Position numbers and translations under genes: made by a program
Source: a virus
IMG/VR virus record: IMGVR_UViG_3300025122_000006
Direction: 5' to 3' (one strand)
DNA: 64,000 bases
In this document: positions 24,455 to 32,485 of the stretch, piece by piece
How the letters are laid out: each line of letters opens with the position of its first letter
Position numbering within the stretch: position 1 is the first letter of the stretch
The notes under the pieces: model-generated
Told to the model about the DNA's origin: nothing
The model's database searches: none
The model's input: only the letters and a program-made list of their open reading frames with translations

Positions 24455-27400
24455 TAGATTTTTACCTTTGCAAAGCCATCTGCTTTTTGAATGTCGATTG
24501 TCTTGTCGACAATATCCTTTAAAGATTCGAGATGGGAAATTAAGAGAACCGTTTTAAATTGGCTTTTAATCATTTGAAGAAGACGAATAAAGCCTTCCAT
24601 ATGATCTTGATCCAATGCTGTTGCTGGTTCGTCAAGAATAAATAGTTCCGATTTTGGTAAATTGGTTACTGAAATCAAAGCAAGGCGGATAGCCATTGAT
24701 GCAATTGTCTTCTCCGCACCAGATCCCATCGACAATGGTCTAGGATCATACTTCGGATGTTTAATATATATTTCTAATTTATTATCAACATTATCAAAGA
24801 AAACTTCAAAGTCCACAATAGTATTAAGCACAGAAGATATCTCTTTGTTAATAATAGGGAGCATTGATTTAATGACCTGATAAGATACGCCATTGGCATG
24901 CATAGCTTGAATATATAAATCATAAGCGATAAATTCTTTTTCAGCGTCATCAATTTGTTTAATATGTTCTTTTGCTTCTTCAATTAAGCGCCGGGTGGAA
25001 CCCTCCTCAGACATGAGAATCATAATCTTCTTGTTACACTTTTCAAGCTCTTCTTGCTTCTTACTCACCGTTAATTTGATTGCCCGAAGGTCTCTTTGTA
25101 AGGATTCCAGATTATCATATGCTTCTTGGTTTTTATAATAGTGCTCAATCTTCGCAAGGGTTTCTTCGATCTCCTTTCCCGTGAGAGCCTTCTTGCTCTC
25201 GTGTGCCTCATTTTGAGCGCGTATTTTTTGTATCTTTGCTTCATTTGTCTTGCTCTTTGTTAATTTATTTTTATAGTCCTCGATTGCATTCTTTACGGAC
25301 TTTATGTCAATCTTGCCAAGGAGTTCGTTATTTAGAAAAATCTCATCATTAACCTCTTCAAGTTTCTCTTGAGACTTTATGATTTCTTTCTTTGCTTTGT
25401 GCGCTTCTTTTACGAACTGGTTATCACAGCAGAATTCACAATTAGGATCGTATTCGTGATCATGAAGCAAATCAATCTTCGCTTGGTAATTGGCAATCTT
25501 TGAGGCTAAATCCCTCTGTCTTATTTTTAATCTACGACCAAGATCGGTCAAGGATTTATGCTGCTCTTGTTGGCCGGTGTACTCATCGAGATTAAAATTA
25601 TCGATAAAGCCTTTTAAACGCTCTTTTAAGGCCACCAAGCCCTTTACATAACTGTCGCCACTCTCAATCGCTTTAGAGATATCCCGCTGGACTTCACGCT
25701 TCTCTTCAAGCATATCAAGAAGAATGCGAATATCTACTGGTTCAGCCCCAATTGATCTTAGCTGTTCTTCTATTATCTTTTGTTCTTCTAGAAGATCCTT
25801 GGTTCTCGCTGCGTGTTTTTCACAAAGGTCAGATTGGTTGGCTATGTCTTCTAAAATTTCAGAAAGAGCTTCTTGATTCCATTTTAGCTTTTTGCGCCAA
25901 TCAACAGAGTTTAAGTGTTTAATCACGCCTTTCTTTTCGGCCGAATCTTTCTTCGCAAGTTTATGTTTTTCCTCAAACATCTTAAGGTCAAGAAACTTCG
26001 CAAGAATTTCTTTGCGCTTTGTTGAGCCTTCATTAATAAAACCAAACGCATCCATCTGGGAAGCCATAGAAGTGATCATAAAGTCATTATAGTTCCCAAA
26101 TGTTTTGCGAATAATTTCGTCTGTTGCATTGCGAGTCATGCCGTTTTTACTTTCGGGATGAATACCCAAAGCATATTTGGTAAAGTCCAACTCTGTCTTT
26201 ACCTCTTTGGTTTCTTTGCCTTTTAATTTTTTCTGATATGTTTCGAGGTTCCTCGTGATCTTGTAGGTATCATCACCGACTCCGATCTCGAGTTGACACT
26301 TAGCCTTTTCGCGATTTTGATTGACGATATGGACATTTTTTCTCTCTCCTTTTGACGTAGTGTTAAACAGCCCAAATAAAGCGGCATCGATGATACTTGA
26401 CTTGCCTGAATAATTTTTGCCGAAAATTCCAACAAGACCATTTAACTTGTCAAAATCAATTTCATTACTTTCGCCGTAGTTAAATAGATTGCTCCATTTC
26501 ATTTTCTTAAGTTTCCAAACAATATTTCTAGAAACATCATCGGTATTTTTAATTTGTCTAGAATATTCGCGGTTGAGTTCTAAAATTCTTTCCAAAATAT
26601 CATCGGTTATTTCTTTATCAGATAAGAACGCTTTGATATATTTTTCTTGAGTATTTTGATCACGCATGTTAATCGCTTTACCATCTTGATGTACAATAGA
26701 CGAATTGGAGTATCCTGCTCGATTAACAAGGTTAATTGAATAAGGACTCCACTTAGCATTAGCATAATCACATGCCCTTCGTAGTTTTATTAAAGGCAAG
26801 TTATAATTTGAAACCAGACGAAGACGGGAATTTTTTGGCACTTTAACTTTTGGTAAAGTACCATTTTGATTGATTTCCACCGTATAAAATGGTCGAGGAG
26901 ACATAAATAATCTTTTTTCAACATTGAAATTTTCTTTATCTCGGATGTCCCACAAGAGGTAACCTTTTCTAAGAGACTCTCCAAAATTCTGCTGAACAGT
27001 GGAACCCGCATACCAGACTCGACCATCTACATCTAACTTTTGCGTCTTATGAATATCACCAAGCATAGCAAAATCGAAATCACGGAATATATCAACATCG
27101 TCCTCACCATTATCAAGACTCCACTCTTCATTAATTTCACATCCCATAATAGCACCATGATAAAGCGCAATATTTACCCTAGATTTATCAGAAGGAGAGA
27201 CCCAGTTGTCTCTATCAAACACAGAGAGGACATTAAGGCAGATAGAATTGTCCAACTGGGTCTCTCCAGAATTTTTTAATAAATTTAAATTGGGATGTTG
27301 TAATGCTTCAATAATCGGTGATATTGCATCCTGCCTATTACCATTCTTAAGATTACCATCATGATTTCCTAAAATAATGAATGTTGGGGCGATATCCGCA

Positions 27401-27603
27401 AGATTTTTAAGAAAATCAGCGCACAACTCAAAGTATTCCGGAGAGAGTTGTGTCTTTGTATGAGCTATATCTCCGGTATGGATAATATAATCTGGCTTAT
27501 CATTCTCAAGGCTCTCATATATATCTTTAAAAACTTTCTTGTATTCATCATGATATTTCACGTTACGAATATGTGTGTCTGAAATGTGTGCAAAAGTAGT
27601 CAT
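24454..27603 (-). CDS. fused Mre11/SbcD nuclease - Rad50/SbcC ATPase (T4 gp47-gp46 equivalent)
   Basis: Phosphoesterase HISDTH, HTGD, GNHD, LGDIHK; Walker A GKNYSGKSS; hook CEFC; signature MGSGAEK; Walker B LFILDEP; LISH. Confidence 0.93.
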   Translation of the reverse strand: MTTFAHISDTHIRNVKYHDEYKKVFKDIYESLENDKPDYIIHTGDIAHTKTQLSPEYFELCADFLKNLADIAPTFIILGNHDGNLKNGNRQDAISPIIEALQHPNLNLLKNSGETQLDNSICLNVLSVFDRDNWVSPSDKSRVNIALYHGAIMGCEINEEWSLDNGEDDVDIFRDFDFAMLGDIHKTQKLDVDGRVWYAGSTVQQNFGESLRKGYLLWDIRDKENFNVEKRLFMSPRPFYTVEINQNGTLPKVKVPKNSRLRLVSNYNLPLIKLRRACDYANAKWSPYSINLVNRAGYSNSSIVHQDGKAINMRDQNTQEKYIKAFLSDKEITDDILERILELNREYSRQIKNTDDVSRNIVWKLKKMKWSNLFNYGESNEIDFDKLNGLVGIFGKNYSGKSSIIDAALFGLFNTTSKGERKNVHIVNQNREKAKCQLEIGVGDDTYKITRNLETYQKKLKGKETKEVKTELDFTKYALGIHPESKNGMTRNATDEIIRKTFGNYNDFMITSMASQMDAFGFINEGSTKRKEILAKFLDLKMFEEKHKLAKKDSAEKKGVIKHLNSVDWRKKLKWNQEALSEILEDIANQSDLCEKHAARTKDLLEEQKIIEEQLRSIGAEPVDIRILLDMLEEKREVQRDISKAIESGDSYVKGLVALKERLKGFIDNFNLDEYTGQQEQHKSLTDLGRRLKIRQRDLASKIANYQAKIDLLHDHEYDPNCEFCCDNQFVKEAHKAKKEIIKSQEKLEEVNDEIFLNNELLGKIDIKSVKNAIEDYKNKLTKSKTNEAKIQKIRAQNEAHESKKALTGKEIEETLAKIEHYYKNQEAYDNLESLQRDLRAIKLTVSKKQEELEKCNKKIMILMSEEGSTRRLIEEAKEHIKQIDDAEKEFIAYDLYIQAMHANGVSYQVIKSMLPIINKEISSVLNTIVDFEVFFDNVDNKLEIYIKHPKYDPRPLSMGSGAEKTIASMAIRLALISVTNLPKSELFILDEPATALDQDHMEGFIRLLQMIKSQFKTVLLISHLESLKDIVDKTIDIQKADGFAKVKI

Positions 27604-27625
27604 TTGTCCTCCGTATTACTTTCTT

Positions 27626-27659
27626 ATTATAGGATAACCCATATCGCGTAAGTTGTCAA
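27626..27659 (-). promoter_or_regulatory. sigma70-type promoter for Mre11-Rad50
   Basis: TTGACA, then TATCCT at 17-nt spacing, overlapping a TATAAT at 22-nt spacing. Confidence 0.55.
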
Positions 27660-27694
27660 GTATAAAACTTAGTGTTTCCATTTTTTCTTCGAAG

Positions 27695-27778
27695 TAGGGT
27701 CGGAGGGACTTGAACCCTCACGCTCATGCGAGCAACGGATTTTAAGTCCGTTGTGTCTACCAATTCCACCACGACCCC
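27695..27778 (-). tRNA. trnL: tRNA-Leu(UAA)
   Basis: GGGGTCG/CGACCCT acceptor stem, TGGTAGAC D-loop, ACGGA-CTTAAAA-TCCGT anticodon arm, long variable arm, GGTTCAAGTCC T-arm; CCA not encoded. Confidence 0.95.
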
Positions 27779-27779
27779 C

Positions 27780-28715
27780 TTAAATATTTTTTAATTGTTT
27801 TTCGAGGAAATACATATCGTTATCAATCTCTTCCGCCATATTTAATTTTTCTAAAAACACTGATCGTGTCATAGAACCAACATCTTCATAATACTCAAGG
27901 TTTATTTTTTTAACCTCAAGGTCGTATTTCATCATGGATCTGATAATCCAATGTGCTTTCTTTTCTGCATCTGAATCTAGGGCAACATATACCGGTGTAT
28001 CATGAATCGCCAAAGCCTGAAATAGTTTTGAGTCTTCTCTAAGGGTCGAGCCAAGAATGGGAATAACATTGTCGCCAACAACGATGGCATCAAAAATACC
28101 CTCAACAATAATCACGGGCTCATCCCAATCAATCATCAGTTCATTAAAAACAATGTCGCGACCACAGGGTGGATTAAGATACCTACGATTATGCCCCACA
28201 TATGAACGAGCAATAAAATAATTACAATCTCCGTCGTTGTCAATAGATGGGATGATAATTCTTCCTGCATAGTGTCCTTCCTTACAATATCCTATTTTCC
28301 ATTTTAAAATCTCAGATTTACTTATTCCTCTTTTCCTAAGATAGTCCAGCGGAGCCTGAGAACGCAATGGCAGATGTTTGTTGCACAAAGAAATAAACTC
28401 TTGTGGTAATTCAATTTTTTGTTTTATTTCAATATCACCTAGTTCTTTAAAGATATCTTCGAACTCTGTGAGGTCTAAACGACCTTGCAATTCAAGATAC
28501 TTTTGTCTTTGTTGGTAATCCCCAAACTTTCTTACAAGTCGGTAAATATTCTTTCCTCGTGCATCACACACCCAACATTTAAAAGAGTTAATCGAAAAGT
28601 TGACCGACATCTTCTTCTTGTGGTGTTTGCAATACGGGCACGAATATAGGTATTCATCGCCAGAACGACGATATGAACCGAGGATGTCGGTTATTATCTT
28701 TCGTTTATCATTCAT
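27780..28715 (-). CDS. DNA primase (Zn finger + TOPRIM)
   Basis: CPYC...CWVC; RIIIP; VEGIFDA; ALDSDAE. Confidence 0.9.
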   Translation of the reverse strand: MNDKRKIITDILGSYRRSGDEYLYSCPYCKHHKKKMSVNFSINSFKCWVCDARGKNIYRLVRKFGDYQQRQKYLELQGRLDLTEFEDIFKELGDIEIKQKIELPQEFISLCNKHLPLRSQAPLDYLRKRGISKSEILKWKIGYCKEGHYAGRIIIPSIDNDGDCNYFIARSYVGHNRRYLNPPCGRDIVFNELMIDWDEPVIIVEGIFDAIVVGDNVIPILGSTLREDSKLFQALAIHDTPVYVALDSDAEKKAHWIIRSMMKYDLEVKKINLEYYEDVGSMTRSVFLEKLNMAEEIDNDMYFLEKQLKNI

Positions 28716-28730
28716 GTTGTCCTCTCATGT

Positions 28731-28760
28731 ATAATATAACATGTTGAGACGATTTGTCAA
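28731..28760 (-). promoter_or_regulatory. sigma70-type promoter for primase and tRNA
   Basis: TTGACA-N16-TATATT with extended -10 TG. Confidence 0.7.
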
Positions 28761-28773
28761 GTGTTTTCTAAAA

Positions 28774-29661
28774 TTAAACTTCAACTCCGAAGACACTTTC
28801 GACAAGAGGAGGGATTTCTTGTGAGGTTACATAACCATCTCTTCCTGCATGTTCGGGTTGCAAGAGGATGTATCGGGACTTGCCTTCTGTCCACGCAGGG
28901 TGCTTCTCTGATCGGGTTCCCCATAAATCTTCTTGGAGCCCAGACACTATCGTTAGACTTAGTTTCTCTCTGCTGTATTCAGGCGCTAAGTTCTTTATTT
29001 GCAATTTAAACTCTTGCAGAACCCAGGAAGATTCTTTTCCCTTATAAAAACTAAACCAGATGTCCACTGCGGGATAGTCTTTATCTCCCACAAATCTCCT
29101 TCGGGAAATGCTACCATTTCGTACCCCTAAGGTATCCTCATGTATGTATAGCTCCCATCGATTTGGGACACCAAAATCCATACCAAATGTTTGCGTTGCC
29201 ATGCTTAGAATCTCTTGTCTAAAGTTTACAACCTCTCCGACAGTCAATCGCCCAGTATATCCGATATCTTCATTGCCGACAGGAATTTCTGCTTTTTGGA
29301 GTTCTTTCATCATGTCATCAGTGAAAAGAGGACGGGAAGGATAAACCTGAACGCTGTCCATGTCCCAATTAATAATATCAAGTGGTTCGTATAATTGTTC
29401 CTCGGGAAATAAAACTTCTAATGCTCCCCGCGGGGATCCTCCTTTATAAAGGGCGTTCGCCAAAACATATTTTATCTGATTTTGTTGTTCCTCTGACAAA
29501 TCGTCAATCAGAGATTGGTAGAGATCGAGAGCCATTTCAGGAGCGCTTTCAGCAACATTTATGAGGTTGTCGATCTCTTCTTGATCTATGGAAAAAGATT
29601 CTTCTTCATCTTCCAATGCTTCAAGGATTAGTGCTTTTAATGCTATTTCTGTTAACTTCAT
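28774..29661 (-). CDS. leader-bearing acidic protein (MKLTEIALKALILEAL)
   Basis: Diverged shared leader; has its own late motif upstream. Confidence 0.7.
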   Translation of the reverse strand: MKLTEIALKALILEALEDEEESFSIDQEEIDNLINVAESAPEMALDLYQSLIDDLSEEQQNQIKYVLANALYKGGSPRGALEVLFPEEQLYEPLDIINWDMDSVQVYPSRPLFTDDMMKELQKAEIPVGNEDIGYTGRLTVGEVVNFRQEILSMATQTFGMDFGVPNRWELYIHEDTLGVRNGSISRRRFVGDKDYPAVDIWFSFYKGKESSWVLQEFKLQIKNLAPEYSREKLSLTIVSGLQEDLWGTRSEKHPAWTEGKSRYILLQPEHAGRDGYVTSQEIPPLVESVFGVEV

Positions 29662-29678
29662 AGGAGATCCTCACCCTA

Positions 29679-30227
29679 CTAATTAGTGAAGATTTTCCTT
29701 ATTTGTTCTTCTTTTACGTGGCTTGGAATGAATCTTTCTATAGATTTGTGCTGGGACAAAGCCTCTCGGAACTCTGTTGCAGAAATAAACTCTTCTTGTT
29801 CGTAGAGCGAAGGTACTTGAATGATCTTCGAAGTTACTTCTCGAAAGTGACTTACAAAGCCTGCCTGGTATCCTTCATCTTTGGATGAAACGCCTAAACA
29901 AATCTTGTTTTCGCTTTCTTCATAGTTTTCCTCAGCCCAATCATACACATCTGCGAAAGGGTTCGTATAAGCGCCTCTAGCGCCCTTTCTAGGCTTCGCA
30001 CGTTGATAGACGACCTTGGGGTGCTTGAGGATGCCATAGGCCTCTAGAACGGCTTCTGCTTGCTCTAGAGAGACTTCAAAGTCTTGTCCCGCTTCGCGAA
30101 GCCTATCTCCGCAAAAAACCCTCACCTCAGATACGTGTGGGTTGGTGATGTAGTGCATAAAGAATTTGTAATGCCCTACGTGAGGCGGTTTGAATCCGCC
30201 GGGTATTAATACGGTTAGCTTGGTCAT
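29679..30227 (-). CDS. HxGH-superfamily nucleotidyltransferase (cytidylyltransferase-like); start re-called at 30227 (MTKL)
   Basis: PGGFKPPHVGH and ISATEFR motifs; GGAGG SD. Confidence 0.85.
   Translation of the reverse strand: MTKLTVLIPGGFKPPHVGHYKFFMHYITNPHVSEVRVFCGDRLREAGQDFEVSLEQAEAVLEAYGILKHPKVVYQRAKPRKGARGAYTNPFADVYDWAEENYEESENKICLGVSSKDEGYQAGFVSHFREVTSKIIQVPSLYEQEEFISATEFREALSQHKSIERFIPSHVKEEQIRKIFTN
29680..29687 (-). promoter_or_regulatory. putative late promoter motif ACTAATTA
   Basis: 18 nt upstream of the ATG at 29661. Confidence 0.55.
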
Positions 30228-30254
30228 TGTGTCCTCCAATGTTCATAATAAGAT

Positions 30255-30283
30255 ATTATAACGTGTTAAGAACGATTTGTCAA
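30255..30283 (-). promoter_or_regulatory. consensus sigma70 promoter
   Basis: TTGACA-N17-TATAAT. Confidence 0.85.
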
Positions 30284-30287
30284 GTTT

Positions 30288-30497
30288 TTATTTAGGTGCT
30301 ACCACAGAACCATCTGGCATTTCGTGTGTCCCTGCTGCAGTTCTCGCTTGGATTTCAATAATAGCCATCATGTGTTCTGAGTCCATTCCAGCCTCGAGTG
30401 CTTGGTGTACGGCCGCGGTGAATGCTTCTCCGGGCTCCTGAATTGAATCCAACTCTTCTTTAATAATTCGTTTTAGTTGTTCTGTTGTAATTTTCAT
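30288..30497 (-). CDS. leader-bearing small protein (MKITTEQLKRIIKEEL)
   Basis: GGAGG SD; shared leader; C-terminal HEMPDG. Confidence 0.7.
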   Translation of the reverse strand: MKITTEQLKRIIKEELDSIQEPGEAFTAAVHQALEAGMDSEHMMAIIEIQARTAAGTHEMPDGSVVAPK

Positions 30498-30501
30498 TAT
30501 A

Positions 30502-31353
30502 CTATAAACCTCCCCTCATTAAGGCTGAATAATTTTCTTCATATTCTGTTTTAAGAACCAATATTAGATCTTCTAGATCCTTCATATAAACATCATCAAA
30601 AATAGGATCTCTTACGACAGTCAGCATTTCTCTGATAATTTGATATTGGTTTCTGAATCCAAAAGGAAACTCTTCCAGATCCTTGGCAATTTTCTCTGCC
30701 TTGGCTGCTTCCTCTGCTTCCTCTTCTTCTTTCCATTTTCGTCTTCTCTCCTCTGCTGCTTTGTCCCACTCTTCTTGTTCCTCAGGTGTTCTCCATGGGA
30801 TAGCTTGTATTAAAGGGCCGGACACACGCTCCAGCAGGGCATCTGCAGGAAGCGACTCTCCCAATAATTTTCGAAAAGGATTTGCTGCCGATAACATGTT
30901 GTACAACCCGCCCACTGCTTTAAAAACCTTTAGGCGACGCGAGATGGCTTGACTCATGGATTTAAAAAAATGTCCCAGACTACTGCCCATTTTTTGTTTA
31001 ATAAGTTCATAATTCTTTTCTTCTCTCTCGGGGGGTGCGTCAAATTTTCCTGCTTTAATGCGATTGTATTTGTCTTTAACTAAATAATACAAATCAACCA
31101 CCCACATATCTCCAGTGGTTTTCGAAGGTCTGGTTGCCGAATGGGACATATCACCTACAAATTCACCACCAGGGTCGAAATCTCGGAGGTCTCGATTAAA
31201 ATAATCTTTTGCAGTTGAAATTAGTTTTCCCGAAAGATCCACTAGTTCTTGTGCCCTAGATAGAAGTTCCGGATTAACATCCTGCTTATCTTCTTCTTTC
31301 AACCACTTATTAAAATTTTCGGTTAATAATTTGAATTCTTCGTGTTTACTCAT
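30502..31353 (-). CDS. hypothetical protein with type-2 leader (KLLTENFNKWLKEE)
   Basis: Late motif upstream; helical. Confidence 0.7.
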   Translation of the reverse strand: MSKHEEFKLLTENFNKWLKEEDKQDVNPELLSRAQELVDLSGKLISTAKDYFNRDLRDFDPGGEFVGDMSHSATRPSKTTGDMWVVDLYYLVKDKYNRIKAGKFDAPPEREEKNYELIKQKMGSSLGHFFKSMSQAISRRLKVFKAVGGLYNMLSAANPFRKLLGESLPADALLERVSGPLIQAIPWRTPEEQEEWDKAAEERRRKWKEEEEAEEAAKAEKIAKDLEEFPFGFRNQYQIIREMLTVVRDPIFDDVYMKDLEDLILVLKTEYEENYSALMRGGL

Positions 31354-31376
31354 TTAAATTTTCCTCTTGGACTCTT

Positions 31377-31384
31377 TAAATAGT
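31377..31384 (-). promoter_or_regulatory. putative late promoter motif ACTATTTA
   Basis: 23 nt upstream of the ATG at 31353. Confidence 0.55.
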
Positions 31385-31394
31385 CCCTAGGAAA

Positions 31395-31898
31395 CTAAAA
31401 ATGTGATAATGCGACAACAATTGAATCTGCCATGTCATCTGTTCCGGGTTTTGGATTTCCGTGCCGGGTAAGAACCACTGTAAAGTCTTTGGGGTATTTC
31501 TTTTCAACCCATTCGATAATCTTTTTCTTTGTGTTCTCGCCTCTTTTGATTTTGATTCCGCTCTTTGATCTGGCTGACCTTGACGAAACAAGATCTGGCA
31601 AGATCTCGAACATCACGTATGAAAGAACAGAAATCATTCCGTTGAATCTCTGGAGCTTTGACATCGTTCCTGCTGTCGTCTTTCCGCCTGAGAACATTGT
31701 GAACGGCTCCTCTATGCGCACATGCGTTATTATATAAGTGCGTTTAATTCTAGCCAATTCGTTGTTAAAAAACTTCATCGCTCTTTCCTCAAGCGTTCCA
31801 TCTTTGAATTTCAAGAAGCTAACTTCTTTTAAATTTTGTTGATCGTCAATAACACAGTAGCCAATCTTGGATGTGCTTACATCTATTCCTAATATCAT
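31395..31898 (-). CDS. RuvC-like Holliday junction resolvase
   Basis: ILGIDVSTSKIGY, IEEP, DMADSIVVA RNase H-fold acidic residues. Confidence 0.85.
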   Translation of the reverse strand: MILGIDVSTSKIGYCVIDDQQNLKEVSFLKFKDGTLEERAMKFFNNELARIKRTYIITHVRIEEPFTMFSGGKTTAGTMSKLQRFNGMISVLSYVMFEILPDLVSSRSARSKSGIKIKRGENTKKKIIEWVEKKYPKDFTVVLTRHGNPKPGTDDMADSIVVALSHF

Positions 31899-31904
31899 AT
31901 ATAT

Positions 31905-31933
31905 ATTATAACATGTTATGAAAGGTTTGTCAA
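31905..31933 (-). promoter_or_regulatory. consensus sigma70 promoter, probably giving a leaderless mRNA
   Basis: TTGACA-N17-TATAAT, 6 nt before the ATG, no SD. Confidence 0.85.
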
Positions 31934-31934
31934 G

Positions 31935-32456
31935 TTATTTTTGTCTTTGTTGCGATTGCCATTTCTGCAGTTCGAGTGGAGATACTTTTCCATCTTTATT
32001 AAGATCCGGGCTATCAGAGGTTTGCTCTGGTTGTGTATCTTGCTGTGTTCCTTTACCGTCAGCCCAATCAAACAATTGACCCACAATTATATCTGCTTGA
32101 TTTCCTTGGACTTTATCTTGAATTTTCACTGCCCTATCGGCAACACCATCACCATCTGAATCTGCTTGTTGTGCAGCGGCCATATATTCATCAAAAGCAG
32201 TTCTAATATCATCTGTGTCTACACCTTGATAAGAATCTCCTTGCAATTCAATTTTATTCATCATGACCTCGGCTTCTGCCAGCTCCTTTTCGTCCAAATT
32301 AATTTGTTGTCCTCCGACTATAAACGCTGCCATTGTGAGCAAAGTGGTGCCAAAACCCTCTTCTATCTGATCGTCATATGCTTCGTCTAATTGATCGAAG
32401 GACATCGATTCATTAATAAACCGCCGCCAGTTTTCCATTATAAGTTTTTGTTTCAT
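31935..32456 (-). CDS. acidic protein with type-2 leader and EF-hand-like loop; start re-called at 32456 (MKQKLIMENWRRFINES)
   Basis: GAGGG SD, late motif upstream, DLNKDGKVSPLE and DSDGDGVAD loops. Confidence 0.7.
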   Translation of the reverse strand: MKQKLIMENWRRFINESMSFDQLDEAYDDQIEEGFGTTLLTMAAFIVGGQQINLDEKELAEAEVMMNKIELQGDSYQGVDTDDIRTAFDEYMAAAQQADSDGDGVADRAVKIQDKVQGNQADIIVGQLFDWADGKGTQQDTQPEQTSDSPDLNKDGKVSPLELQKWQSQQRQK

Positions 32457-32475
32457 ATTGTATTCCCTCAGATAA

Positions 32476-32483
32476 TAAATAGA
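32476..32483 (-). promoter_or_regulatory. putative late promoter motif TCTATTTA
   Basis: 19 nt upstream of the ATG at 32456. Confidence 0.5.
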
Positions 32484-32485
32484 TA

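Noticed and set aside
27695-27778. tRNA as a prophage attachment site
   Set aside because: No integrase, duplicated tRNA end or host genes nearby; it is co-oriented directly behind the primase.
12494-30497. Shared leader as a DNA repeat, mobile element end or Sec signal peptide
   Set aside because: The DNA copies differ at synonymous sites with no flanking repeats, and the peptide is charged and amphipathic with no hydrophobic core.
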